Of a DNA stretch of 64,000 nucleotides, positions 9,554-19,829 are shown piece by piece (within the stretch, counting starts at the first letter, position 1; each line of letters opens with the position of its first letter). The notes below the pieces were generated by a model. It did no database searches. It had not been told where the DNA came from and saw only the letters and a program-made list of their open reading frames with translations. The position numbers were made by a program, and so were the translations under genes. Source of the DNA: Carpediemonas membranifera BICM (lineage: Eukaryota > Protista > Fornicata); the NCBI GenBank assembly GCA_019828565.1, contig JAHDYR010000048.1, positions 4,200 through 68,199 of the forward strand, written 5' to 3'.

Positions 9554-11926
9554 TCAAACAGATCCCTCAGCCGCTGTAATCAACGAATACACGTCCCCCA
9601 ACCCCGAGTGGCTCACCCCCCAGTCATCGACCTCACTCTCGAGCTGCACCGCCTCCATCTCATCAAATATGTCCGCAAGTTCAGCAGTGTGGGTCGGAAC
9701 CGTGAACAAACGGGTACCGTAGGTCGACCCAGTGAGGACTGCGGACGGCAGGGCACTCTGGACAACGTCGGCGATGAGATCAGTCTCCCCGGTACGCTCG
9801 GGACCAGTCACCACGAGTTTGTAGCCGAGCCCATAGTGTCTCTTAAGGTCCTCGGTTGGGGCCATACACTTCAACTTGCCGCCAACAAGGAAGGCAACGG
9901 ATTTGCCGCAGACTTCGATTTCTTCCATCGAGGATGACGCGAGCAAGATCGTCGAGATACCGTTAGATTGTGCGATATACTGCCAGATCCGCTGGCGGGT
10001 GACTGGGTCAACCCCGAACGTCGGCTGGTCGAGCAGCAGGACCGGGGGGTCCCCTAGTATGGCTAGGGCCACCATCACAACCCTTTTTTGAGCCGGGGTG
10101 AGCGTGCTCGTGGCAGAGTTCCGTATGGCGTGCATATCTAGAATATTGAGCACTTCGCTGATTCCATCAGCCAGGTCGCCCCCGACGAGACCCTTGATCC
10201 TTCCCACGAAGGCGAGATGCTCTCCTACAGTGAGCATTGGCCATAAATAGTCCTGCTGGGTGCACACCCCGATGGACCTGTACACCGCCCGAGAGCCATT
10301 CGCCTTGGACCCAGCGACAGTAGCGGTTCCCTTCGGCTTAACCTGCGATGTGAGGACGTTGATGAGCGTGGATACACCCGCCCCGGCGGGGCCAGCGAGG
10401 GCGAGGGTCGAGCCTCTGGGGATGACGAAGGAGACGTCGTCGAGGGCCTGTATGGTCTGGCCGAACTGCTGGCGGAACCTCTTGCTGATGTGTTTGACGA
10501 CGATGCCGTCGGCGTCGTCGGGCATGGCTTCAGCTTGCATCCGCTGCTGCTGGACAGAGGGGTGTGGTAGGAGAGCGCCTGGGACAAGAGAGCGGCGTCT
10601 GGTACGAATAGCAGCAGGGGTGGCCTCTTCTTCGACCACTCTTGGGTCAATACGGTGAGTAATAAACCGGAAAACGAAGACGAGGGAGCGGAGGCCGAAA
10701 GAGACCGTTAGCACGCGGTTGAAGCCCTTGGACGCGTAGAAGAACGCCGTCGTAACAAGTTCCGACAGCTTCCAGTCGATAATGAACCCGATGCAAAGCT
10801 GCACCGGCGTCGTACCAATAATCATGAGCACGAATGACCAGAACGGCCAGCCGACGGTGGTAAGGTATGCTCCGTTATGCCCAACTGTAGAGACGTCGGC
10901 GAGGATCTTGAGGGCTGCCTGGAGCGAGGCTGAGGGCAGTACAAGCGGAATAAGCTCTGTCGAAGAGAACTGGTCCGAGAGATACGAGACGATGCACGCC
11001 GATTCGTTGAGAACAATGGCGACAACTGTGCCTACGATGACGGCGACATGGACGTTTCTCAGCAGAGGCGCGATCATCATGGCTGTGGAGGCAAGGTTGG
11101 CTGCAAAGGCCACGAATAGAACAAAATATAGGAAAAAATTGTTCAGGGTGAAGAATCTGATGTCGAAAGCAAGGCCACTGATGATGATCGGGGTCAACGG
11201 GATGCACATGACACAAAAGGCCACCCCGTAGTTAACTGTCCAATAAACTGTGCGACGTACACCAAGGATCGACAAATGACGGCGCATTCCCAGAGAGATA
11301 TCCGCAGCGAGGCCGACCAGGATGGAGGGCAGCGCCATATGCAGTGCCATACCAAGCGGCTCTACGAGAGAAAGTGCTGTGTAGTCAACGGCGGCCTCGT
11401 CCTCCTCCCTGGGGTAGTCCGCGGTCGAGTGGGAGACGTATGAGAGGGCCGGGGAGACTGTCTGGAGCCAGGCGTTGGTCAGCATGTCATTCAGTGGGAG
11501 GAGGTGGGTGGATGAGAAGGAGCCCGCGCTGTTGGGCTGGGTAACGGTGTCGTTGACGAGGATCTTCACGTCAAGGCCGGTGGAGTCGGCCTTACTGAAC
11601 ACTACGGCACCCAGGGTCTCGTTGTGGTTGTCCCACGAGTCAAGGAAGAAGGTGTTTGCGGCAGCCTCAGATGCGGGCACGAACCTGGGAGAAACAACCC
11701 CGTTGATAGTGGAATTCTCAATCCCTGCGAGAAAACCTGATGCACCGCTGTCGTCTAGCTTGCCTACATCGACCCCTGCGTCCTCCGCATAGAAGACTGT
11801 GAATGGTTCAGGCTCGGAAGACTTTGGACTGTGAGCGGCGGCACTGACCTGAGACCAGCGCTGTGTCATATTGCTAGGTGTGGAATCAGCTTCAAAGTAT
11901 ACGTCGAAGTTCGTGCTGAACGTGCC
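9554..11926 (-). CDS. ABCA-type transporter, 5'-truncated half (extracellular domain, TMD, degenerate NBD)
   Basis: TM helices, IVVKHISKRF, ALDDVSF, IGVCTQQDYLWPMLTVGEHL and C-terminal WGVSHSGLGDVY. The frame stays open upstream of Met 11869 up to the repeat junction at 11926; no TM1 is present. Confidence 0.8.
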   Translation of the reverse strand, partial: GTFSTNFDVYFEADSTPSNMTQRWSQVSAAAHSPKSSEPEPFTVFYAEDAGVDVGKLDDSGASGFLAGIENSTINGVVSPRFVPASEAAANTFFLDSWDNHNETLGAVVFSKADSTGLDVKILVNDTVTQPNSAGSFSSTHLLPLNDMLTNAWLQTVSPALSYVSHSTADYPREEDEAAVDYTALSLVEPLGMALHMALPSILVGLAADISLGMRRHLSILGVRRTVYWTVNYGVAFCVMCIPLTPIIISGLAFDIRFFTLNNFFLYFVLFVAFAANLASTAMMIAPLLRNVHVAVIVGTVVAIVLNESACIVSYLSDQFSSTELIPLVLPSASLQAALKILADVSTVGHNGAYLTTVGWPFWSFVLMIIGTTPVQLCIGFIIDWKLSELVTTAFFYASKGFNRVLTVSFGLRSLVFVFRFITHRIDPRVVEEEATPAAIRTRRRSLVPGALLPHPSVQQQRMQAEAMPDDADGIVVKHISKRFRQQFGQTIQALDDVSFVIPRGSTLALAGPAGAGVSTLINVLTSQVKPKGTATVAGSKANGSRAVYRSIGVCTQQDYLWPMLTVGEHLAFVGRIKGLVGGDLADGISEVLNILDMHAIRNSATSTLTPAQKRVVMVALAILGDPPVLLLDQPTFGVDPVTRQRIWQYIAQSNGISTILLASSSMEEIEVCGKSVAFLVGGKLKCMAPTEDLKRHYGLGYKLVVTGPERTGETDLIADVVQSALPSAVLTGSTYGTRLFTVPTHTAELADIFDEMEAVQLESEVDDWGVSHSGLGDVYSLITAAEGSV

Positions 11927-13459
11927 GAACGGCCTGATGACCCATGATGAGTGGGAGGAGCGTCGTGTCGCTCGGGAGCTTGCTAATGCCGAGATTTGAT
12001 AAACCTGCTAGGGTTGGGTGGCAAGGCTGGCAGACCAGTGGGCGTCATTGTAAAGTCTGGTGTAAATTAGAGCATCCAGCCAGCATAAAGACGTTCTTTA
12101 CATACACGACACCTAGTTCTTCCCCTTCCGCTTCCTCGGCTTGCTGCTACCGCCCTTCTTCTTGCCCTTGTCAGCCTTGGTCTCCTGTGCGGCAGGCTCG
12201 AAGCTGAGGTCAGCCCCTCATCTTCCTCGGTCACCTTGAGGTCCTCCTCGTGTGTCTTCATATAAACCTTGGTCTTCACGATGGATGTCTTGACCATCTT
12301 GGCGAAGGCATCGAGGTCGACCTTGTGAGGTATGATCTTGGCCTTCTCAACGGCGCCGTTGTCGCCCAAGTCAAAGCCGGCGTTGAGTGCGATCTTCACG
12401 ACCACGTTGTCAACTCGCGCTATGACTGCCCAGCGGCAGAATGTCTCAGGCTTCTTCGGGTCGGCCTTGTTCCTAACCTTCTTAAGCAGAGCGGACATGC
12501 CGGCGTTGCGGTGGCCGATGGTGAACTCACCGCGGCAGACGGCGGCCCAGGACGCGCCAAGGTCCCGGAGAGCGGGCGGCACGGCGTTGCTGGAGAGACA
12601 GATGAGGTCATGGTCCCTAAGATGGTCAAGGGCGCCCGAGATGAAGCGCTGGGCCCCCTTCTTTGAGGAAAACGCCCAGCGACCGTCAAAGATGCGCTGG
12701 ACGCTCGAAGAGATGCCTGCGGCCCACACAGCCTGGCCAACATACACTGGGCGATACTTCTTGCTCACCTTAGAGTCGGGGTCAGCGCCGGGGGTGTCGT
12801 CGAGCACGAGGTTGGCGATCTGGGGCACGTCGTTCATGCCGAGGAACATGTTGGACCGTGACTCCGCGGGCAGAGTGAGATTGACTTCAACAGAGTCGTG
12901 CAGTTTTGGGGCATCTGGGTTGGGGTCGTTGGAGACGTCGTCGGCGTCCTCCTCGGCCTCGTCGTTGACCGGGAGCTGGAAGGAGATGGTCTCGCCGGCC
13001 TCTGTTTCGATACGCTGCAGTGCCTCGAAGAATTCCTTGGCGGGCAGCTTATCGAGCTTGGCCGCGTCCGCGAGGTCGAGCTTGCGCTGGGCGATCTCCT
13101 TGCGTCTGAGCCACTCTGCGAGGTTAGCCTCGTCTCTCTTCGCCTTGATGTCAGCGGCGGCCTTCTCATCGACAGCTCCGCCCTTCTTCTCGGGGTAGGC
13201 GTTGACTGGCATCGTCTCGGGCTCCTGGTCGGGCAGGAGGTAGCCAACCTCGACGGCCCTGGCGCCCTTAGCGTCCTCGACGTTGACTAGCTGCAGCTGG
13301 AGGTCGCGCCACTCCTTATAAATTGGCCCGACCGCCAGAGTGCCGTCAGCGACCTGCTTGGCGAGGTCGGCGGGGTTATAGTGTAGAGGGTTCTTCACGA
13401 TCTTGCTGCCCTTGCTGATGACGCCCTTGCTCGCCTTCTTCATCTTTGTCAGTGCCGAC
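11927..13459. repeat. direct repeat copy 2 (1533 bp) of 5882-7415
   Basis: See copy 1; begins within the duplicated 3' end of the exonuclease gene. Confidence 0.95.
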
Positions 13460-14424
13460 CTCGACTGGGCGGCGTGGGACTGGCTCCTGCCCTTCTGGGC
13501 CACGTCCTGCTCCTGGCGCTCCTTCTCTGTGCGTCTGTCGACCGTGCCCTGGAGCTGACGTCTGCCCTGGCGACGGGAGGGACGCAGCGTCATGGAACGC
13601 ATCTCGGTGTCCTTGACGAAGTAACGCTTGCTGTGCTCAGCGGTCATGCACCACGTGGCGAGCTTCTTGGCGGACTCGACCTCCTCTGTGCTCAGGCCGG
13701 GGATGAGGGCGTCGGCGAGCACAGCGGCACGGTTATAAAGGGCGCGGTAAAAGTGACCGCGGATCACCCCGATAAAGGCCTCGGGCTGGAAGAACCGGAT
13801 CCAGTTGAGCGACACGAGTGCCCTGGTAGCAGCGCTGACGGCCATGTTGAAGAAGGATTCCTTCTCGGCTTTGTCCTTGGCCTCCGACCCAGAGACGACG
13901 AGGCGGACGCACTCGGTCATAATAAAGTCAAGCTCGGTGGCCACAGAGAGGGTCGCAGCATCGGTGTCGGCCACAGCTTGGTTCTTGTTGCACCAGTCGA
14001 CTGTCACATCGCGGGGACCCATCTTGATCTTCATGACAGTGGGAAGGGAGGTAGGACCCCAGGAAGCGCTGCACTGTTCGCATGTGTGGAGCTTGGAGAT
14101 CTTGGAAGCCTCGGCGTTGTTGTCGTTAGAGCGCCAGGGCTCCTTGTTATCGCCGAAAGCGCACTTGGGGCAATAGGCATGCTTGCAGTTCCAGCAAACG
14201 GCAGCGTCGTGCAGTGTTTCGAGGACGCACTCACACTTGGAGCATGTCAGGTGGCGATCGGCGCCAACAACGCTCTCAACAGACTGGTAACGGCCATCCT
14301 CAGCGAGTTCGAGCATACTACGGCACTCTTCGGGGCTGAAATCGGAAGTGCAGAAGTTATCGGCAGCATCCAACGCGTTGTACTGGTCAGGTTCGACAAG
14401 GTTCCCTTCTATGCCGAAGATCAT
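12067..14424 (-). CDS. RING-HC finger protein of unknown function (true stop probably 12113; 1-nt deletion near 12215 shifts the last ~30 codons)
   Basis: CSKC...NCKHAYCPKC...CEQC has C3HC4 spacing, followed by helical, acidic and alpha/beta regions. Confidence 0.65.
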   Translation of the reverse strand: MIFGIEGNLVEPDQYNALDAADNFCTSDFSPEECRSMLELAEDGRYQSVESVVGADRHLTCSKCECVLETLHDAAVCWNCKHAYCPKCAFGDNKEPWRSNDNNAEASKISKLHTCEQCSASWGPTSLPTVMKIKMGPRDVTVDWCNKNQAVADTDAATLSVATELDFIMTECVRLVVSGSEAKDKAEKESFFNMAVSAATRALVSLNWIRFFQPEAFIGVIRGHFYRALYNRAAVLADALIPGLSTEEVESAKKLATWCMTAEHSKRYFVKDTEMRSMTLRPSRRQGRRQLQGTVDRRTEKERQEQDVAQKGRSQSHAAQSRSALTKMKKASKGVISKGSKIVKNPLHYNPADLAKQVADGTLAVGPIYKEWRDLQLQLVNVEDAKGARAVEVGYLLPDQEPETMPVNAYPEKKGGAVDEKAAADIKAKRDEANLAEWLRRKEIAQRKLDLADAAKLDKLPAKEFFEALQRIETEAGETISFQLPVNDEAEEDADDVSNDPNPDAPKLHDSVEVNLTLPAESRSNMFLGMNDVPQIANLVLDDTPGADPDSKVSKKYRPVYVGQAVWAAGISSSVQRIFDGRWAFSSKKGAQRFISGALDHLRDHDLICLSSNAVPPALRDLGASWAAVCRGEFTIGHRNAGMSALLKKVRNKADPKKPETFCRWAVIARVDNVVVKIALNAGFDLGDNGAVEKAKIIPHKVDLDAFAKMVKTSIVKTKVYMKTHEEDLKVTEEDEGLTSASSLPHRRPRLTRARRRAVAASRGSGRGRTRCRVCKERLYAGWML

Positions 14425-14624
14425 GCTGGTTGCGTCTTTTCATGCCAAGAAAAAATGCGGGATCAAAGCTCGCTCAATGAGCCACCCTGTGCGCCCGACC
14501 AGACATTGTCAGAGACAGGATAGGGGTCTAACTGCCTACAGACCCCGAAAATGGGTCATTTATGTCGATTCGTCCGAGTCACGAATATCATCACAAACAG
14601 CGTGCAAAACCAATCCTCCTGAGC

Positions 14625-15251
14625 ATGCATCTGTCCGGTGGTTCTGGTTTGCAGTTCCACACACTAGACGAGTTTCACAGGTACATTATCGATTGTGAAA
14701 ACCGCAACAACACAACGTGGGTGAAGACAAACGGTTCTCGCGAGAGTTCAGGGGGGAGAATGACTTATAGGTACCGCTGCCATGTATGTGCACCAAATCA
14801 GAAGGATCAGAAGGGGAAAACACGCGTCCCCGCAATAGGTCCAGTTGTTCATGCCCGTTTCGAACACAACGGCGGCGTCTGGCTTGACGAGGAGAGCTTG
14901 CACGTGCTCAACTCACACGGCCATTCACCCAGCACCGAGCCCCCAGCAAGCATAGCCATGCGGATGGTCGCCAAGCAGTACCTGCGTAACAACATGACTG
15001 ATGGTGCCGGAATGTACCAAGTCGGCGCCGTCCTTGCCGCACTCGAGCGGGAGCTAGGCCTCCCACATCCGCCTAAGCCGCACCATACGGTCAAGGTGGG
15101 GAACCTGCTGCGTAGTGTCCGCAAGACGAAGTTAACTATCCCGTCGCCCTTGAAACATCCAAATATGCTTGTTGTGGGCGGGGTGCAGCTTGGAGAGGCA
15201 CCACCATTGGGTGTGGACGTGACTGGTACGGCGTTTCCCCTACCGCCATGA
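14625..15251 (+). CDS. FAR1/WRKY-GCM1-like DNA-binding domain protein (MULE transposase-derived type)
   Basis: GLQFHTLDEFHRY...WVKTNGSR...YRYRCH...VWL...LNSHGH pattern; no downstream DDE core visible. Confidence 0.5.
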   Translation: MHLSGGSGLQFHTLDEFHRYIIDCENRNNTTWVKTNGSRESSGGRMTYRYRCHVCAPNQKDQKGKTRVPAIGPVVHARFEHNGGVWLDEESLHVLNSHGHSPSTEPPASIAMRMVAKQYLRNNMTDGAGMYQVGAVLAALERELGLPHPPKPHHTVKVGNLLRSVRKTKLTIPSPLKHPNMLVVGGVQLGEAPPLGVDVTGTAFPLPP

Positions 15252-15629
15252 AGGGACCCTGGTCGGCTTGAGCTGACATCAACAGACTAAAATTGCGCGT
15301 CATGGATTGTTGTGTTGCTGAAGTCTTCCAGACTAACCTGTTATGTTCAGTCGAACCCGTTGCTTTGTTCTCGGGTTGATTGGTTGTCGCAAATCTTTGA
15401 CCATGATGACAACAAACGATTGCACTCTTGCCGACCCAACACAGATCCACGGCCTCGCAGCACGGCCAAACTCGACACTCGAGGCATCATTGGTGGCGCG
15501 AGATTCCCTAGATATCCAGATTCAGCACAATATATCTGTCGACCAAAACGGAGATTTTGACAAAAGAATGTCTCCAAGAACGGCGATAACTCCACCAAAG
15601 TCTTAGTCAAAACACTGAGAACCAGGAAT

Positions 15630-16617
15630 ATGAAGAGTCTTTTCTTAGGTTTGCTCCTTCTCGCCACAATCGGTCTCTGCGTCGACTGTGAATGGTATGG
15701 CGTCAGCTCCATGACTCTCAGCAGCTATGACGAAGCTACTGAAGACAGAACTTTAACCTTTTCTGTTGTTAGCGCCTGCCAGTCCCTTGTGAGCTCCTCT
15801 AGCGTGCTGAGGCTGTACCAAAAGTCTGCCAGCTTCTTCGAAACCGTCACTGAGTATGTATTTTCGCCACTTGGCATGTAGTATCTCCTTACCCAGCATC
15901 ACCGACAACATTGAGTCGTCCAGCCTTGTCCATCTCCCCGCTGGCGCGGCCAACGTCACCTTCGATGTCTCTAGCTACGGCACCGACAACGAGTACTACC
16001 TCTGTGTCTCCCTCGACGGCGATGACAACGTCTATGGCTGCTCGTCCTCGTACTACGTCCTGGGCGACGACAACCTGAACATCGGTGGCATCATTGCTGG
16101 CGCGATGGGCGCCATCGTCTGGCTGCTCATCATCTGCTGCTCCCCACTGTGCCTCTGCTGCGTCGTGTGTGTCAAGATCATCTGCCTCATCAGCTGCGTC
16201 GTCATCGCGATCAAGCTCTTCTGCGGTGGGTCAAGCTCTAAGCTGAACCCTAACACTGTCCAGGCCAACACCAACAACCCCATGTTCTCCAACGGCCCGC
16301 CCCAGCCTTACGGCGCATACGGCCAGCCCCAGCAGGGTTATGGCCAGCCTCCCCAAGGCTACGCCCAGCCCAACCAGCCGGGTCCCTACCCTCCCCAGCA
16401 GACGTACCCTCCCCAGCAGGGTCAGGTCCCCCAGCAAGGCTATGCCCCCCAGCAGGCCCAGCCCCCTCAGCAGGCCCAGACCTACGGCCAGCCTGGCTTC
16501 GGTCAGGGCGGCTACCTGCCCCAGGACCAGCAGGGTCAGCCCATGCAAGACCCCGCCGCCCAGCAGCAGCCCCAGGGCTACGCTGGCCCGCCACCTCCTG
16601 GCGACAACCAGGCTTAA
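15630..16617 (+). CDS. type I membrane protein: signal peptide, small Cys-containing ectodomain, Cys-rich TM/juxtamembrane, Pro/Gln/Gly/Tyr-rich tail; one intron
   Basis: MKSLFLGLLLLATIGLC signal peptide. Intron 15854-15896 is GTATGT...CTTACCCAG (alternative in-frame acceptor at 15881). TM IIAGAMGAIVWLLIICCSPLCLCC. Confidence 0.8.
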
Positions 16618-16649
16618 GTGTGACGCTTGATGTCATAAATGATGAATGA
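16264..16649. repeat. 386-bp segment duplicated in inverted orientation at 62139-62524
   Basis: PQ-rich tail plus 3' UTR are near-identical; one visible mismatch (TGACGC vs TGGCGC). Confidence 0.9.
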
Positions 16650-16812
16650 ATAGACGCTTGCTTTTAATTTTTAAGAAATGACAGCTCCTTCCCACCTTGA
16701 CGATGGCAGTTACACATCCTGCGGCACGGCAGAGTCACATTTGGTTGAGGGAATCGTGAATCAAGCTTCCGGGATTTGGATCCCGGGCGACCATTTGGGA
16801 CACAATTTTGAA

Positions 16813-17664
16813 ATGAAGCAAGTGATCCTTTTGGTGCTACTTTGTGTAGCTCTTTCATCTTGCCTTGATTGCAGCATCCATGGTGTCCACAACTTTACCT
16901 TTGGCGACTATCAGCAGGCTGCAGAGATAAGAAATATCTTCTGGGAGGTCGAACCCAGCTGCATGGGCCTTATTCCTGCTGCTGGAACGTACGACGTCGA
17001 ACTTTTCGTCAGGAAACCTGAATGGAATGAGACGAAATACGTTCCCGTTCAGGAAATCGCCACCATGAGCACGACTGATATCACGACAACAGGAAAGGCC
17101 TTCACGGCGATTAGAACCAACTACTACGCCGTGGAGGATGAGTACTTCGTCTGTATCAGTGTCGGGACCCATATTTACGGCTGTTCGGACGAGGCCCATG
17201 TCCTTGGTCAGGACGACCCCGACAGCTTCTCCAAGTTCGCTCTCGTCGTGGCGGTGATGATTCTTGTAGCTGGCATAGTCGCATGCTTATTCCTGTGCGC
17301 TAAGTTTTCGATCATCGGTTTAGTCATCACGTCGTATCTGAGACGCCGCGCCAAGCTTCATGCCAGAGTCGCCGCTGCCCGCAGGAATCTGCCGCAGGAG
17401 ACGGCCAACCCCATGTACAGCAACGGCGCCGTGCCCCAGTTCCCGGGGCAGCCCATGCCACCAGCCCAGCCCAACCAACCGATGCAGCCGCCCCAGCCGG
17501 TCTACCCTCCCCAGCAGATGCAGACAGGGCCCCAAGACTATGCCCCACCGCAGCAGCAGTTTGCCGAATACAACCAGAACCCCTACGGTAACTATGGTAC
17601 CCCGCCGCCGCCCCAGGAGGGCTATGGCGCACCAGCGTACAACCCCCATGGCAATCAGGCGTAG
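16813..17664 (+). CDS. tandem paralogue of the PQ-rich type I membrane protein
   Basis: Signal MKQVILLVLLCVALS; shared EYFVCISV...IYGCS...VLGQD, NPMYSNG and C-terminal NQA. Confidence 0.8.
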   Translation: MKQVILLVLLCVALSSCLDCSIHGVHNFTFGDYQQAAEIRNIFWEVEPSCMGLIPAAGTYDVELFVRKPEWNETKYVPVQEIATMSTTDITTTGKAFTAIRTNYYAVEDEYFVCISVGTHIYGCSDEAHVLGQDDPDSFSKFALVVAVMILVAGIVACLFLCAKFSIIGLVITSYLRRRAKLHARVAAARRNLPQETANPMYSNGAVPQFPGQPMPPAQPNQPMQPPQPVYPPQQMQTGPQDYAPPQQQFAEYNQNPYGNYGTPPPPQEGYGAPAYNPHGNQA

Positions 17665-17780
17665 GATGACGCAGTATGATTGATAAATTCTCCCACAAAG
17701 AGTCGATGGGGTGGGGCAAGATATATCATTTACAGAATAATCAGCGATTTACTGCAATGCACGAAACTCATGTAATTCTC

Positions 17781-19544
17781 TCACCCAAGCACCTTGGACA
17801 CCGCGCTCTCGAGCTCAGCGGCGTCTTGCTCTGCACTAATCAATTGATACAACAACTGAACCGACTCTGCCTGCTGGAAAGAAATGATGCCAAATACGAA
17901 GCGGTGTATAGCGTCGTCGGCCTCGACCCGCTGCTCCAGACAAATAGGCTTGAGATAATCATACAGTCGCCGGACCTGGCCCTGATCTGGGACAATCTCA
18001 GCCAGCTTCGCCCGCAGTTTCACGACCTGGACGTTAGCACGCTCCTGTCTGTCGAGGAGGGAGGCGATGGCGCTGTCACCCATGGCCTGGGGCACCTCTT
18101 CGTTATCGTCCGAGTGGACCTCGAGGTCGGTCTGTTCTTCCATCTGGTGCGCTCTGAGTATAGCCTCGAGCGTCTCTTCAAAGGAGATCTCCACAGTCTC
18201 GAACTCCTCCTGGACTGTCTCAATAGGCGCCTTGTCGAACTTGATCAGCACTGTCTGACCAGCCTCCTCGGGTGACGCGTTCTCCACACCATCAAAGAGT
18301 AGGGGTGACTCGGGAGTGACTCGGCCCATATCGGGGCTGGGGGTCATCAAAAGATTAGCCTGACCCGACATACGACGGAGTCTGCCCTGCGGCTTCTGCG
18401 GTTCAGACACGGGGCGGTCAGGCGATGCGACGTTTCGAGCCCTTCTGAGGTCATCAACCGACACTCTCTTCGCCTCCTTAAGTCGGGCCATAGTCACTGG
18501 ATGGGCCGCGGAGCTGGGCGTCTGCTCTCTCGACGCTTGTTTTGGGGCAGGTTTAGGCGGGGTGGCCGGGGGTTGGGCCTCTTCGACTGGGACAATCCTG
18601 AGCGGTGTGGGGACGCCCTTGCGGATACGAGAGGACGAGGGGCGTTCTGTCTTGGCAGGGACCTTGACAGAGGCCTTGGCTGAGGAGACGCGGCGGTTCT
18701 TGTTGAGTTCCTCGACCGACGGCAGGTCGATTCCCAGCTTCCGGGCGTGTGAACGGAGCACAGGCTTGGCGAGGAGCTCATCGGCCGAGGGTCTGGCCGC
18801 AGGGTCCTTGTTGAGGCACCTAGCGATCGTATCTGCTATGGTCCGTGAGTACGAGGTTGGGATTGGGTGGTACGTCCCCCTAATGATCTTAAGAATGAGC
18901 GCCGCCTGGTTGTTCGCGGTAAACGGGTGTCTTCCAGTACAGAGCTCGTACAGTACACAGCCGAGTGCCCACATGTCGGACTTTGAGTTGTACGACACGT
19001 TCTCACAGAGTTCAGGGGAAAGATAGTATGGCGTCCCGACCATCGTAGAGGCAAAGGACTCGGTGTCCAGCTTGCGGGCAACACCGAGGTCTCCAACCTT
19101 GACCTTGTTGGCCTTATCGAGGAAGACGTTGAGGCTCTTGAAGTCTCGGTGGAGGTACTTACGGGAGTGCATGTACTGGAGGGCTAGGAGCATCTGGATG
19201 AGCAGGGACCAGATGATCTTCTCGGGAATCTCCTTGCCTGCGCTCTTGCGGATGAAATTCTGCAGGTCTCCGTTGGCTGCATATTCCATGACGATGTGAA
19301 GCGAATGCTCCTCGATAAAGGAGTCGTAGTACTTAATGATATAGTTGCAGTCGAGATCTGCGAGAGTCTTGCACTCTCTAACTGCTGAATCCTTCTCCTT
19401 GACGCTCATGCCCTCCAGGCTGATCGTTTTGATCACGTATATGCGATTGTCCAGCTTGCGGCGGACTTTCTTGCAGGATCCGTATGAACCCTTGCCAATA
19501 GTTGCGAGTATGTCGAAATCGCCGAGGCAGGAGCGCCGTGGCAT
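17781..19544 (-). CDS. NIMA-related (NEK) Ser/Thr kinase
   Basis: IGKGSYG, YVIK, LHRDFKSLNVFL, GDLGVA, GTPYYLSPE, YNSKSDMWALG; C-terminal helical domain. Start placed at MPRRSCLGDF. Confidence 0.92.
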   Translation of the reverse strand: MPRRSCLGDFDILATIGKGSYGSCKKVRRKLDNRIYVIKTISLEGMSVKEKDSAVRECKTLADLDCNYIIKYYDSFIEEHSLHIVMEYAANGDLQNFIRKSAGKEIPEKIIWSLLIQMLLALQYMHSRKYLHRDFKSLNVFLDKANKVKVGDLGVARKLDTESFASTMVGTPYYLSPELCENVSYNSKSDMWALGCVLYELCTGRHPFTANNQAALILKIIRGTYHPIPTSYSRTIADTIARCLNKDPAARPSADELLAKPVLRSHARKLGIDLPSVEELNKNRRVSSAKASVKVPAKTERPSSSRIRKGVPTPLRIVPVEEAQPPATPPKPAPKQASREQTPSSAAHPVTMARLKEAKRVSVDDLRRARNVASPDRPVSEPQKPQGRLRRMSGQANLLMTPSPDMGRVTPESPLLFDGVENASPEEAGQTVLIKFDKAPIETVQEEFETVEISFEETLEAILRAHQMEEQTDLEVHSDDNEEVPQAMGDSAIASLLDRQERANVQVVKLRAKLAEIVPDQGQVRRLYDYLKPICLEQRVEADDAIHRFVFGIISFQQAESVQLLYQLISAEQDAAELESAVSKVLG

Positions 19545-19829
19545 TGCCGTTGATCGTAACGGAAAGATGAACTGTGCTAAAACTGCACGCACGATGGTCG
19601 ATTCTGATTGGGTCAACTGGATGATGTGTGTGTTGCTGCCATGTAGGAATGGCGAGACTGGCTGCGAGTTAGCAGTCTCCTTCAATGCTTCTGATCAAGA
19701 CATGTTTGGATTCAATAAATGCTCGTGCTAGATATTATGCGGTCTTCACAAGACATACGGCCCTTTTCGTGGCTTTAAATCATCGTAATCATGCGCTTTT
19801 CATTGTGCATTTTATGACAAAACCAAACG

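Noticed and set aside
7416-11926. Insert as a Helitron, LTR element or DNA transposon
   Set aside because: No Rep/helicase, RT, integrase or transposase, and no CTRR end or TIRs. The flanking repeats are host gene sequence, not LTRs.
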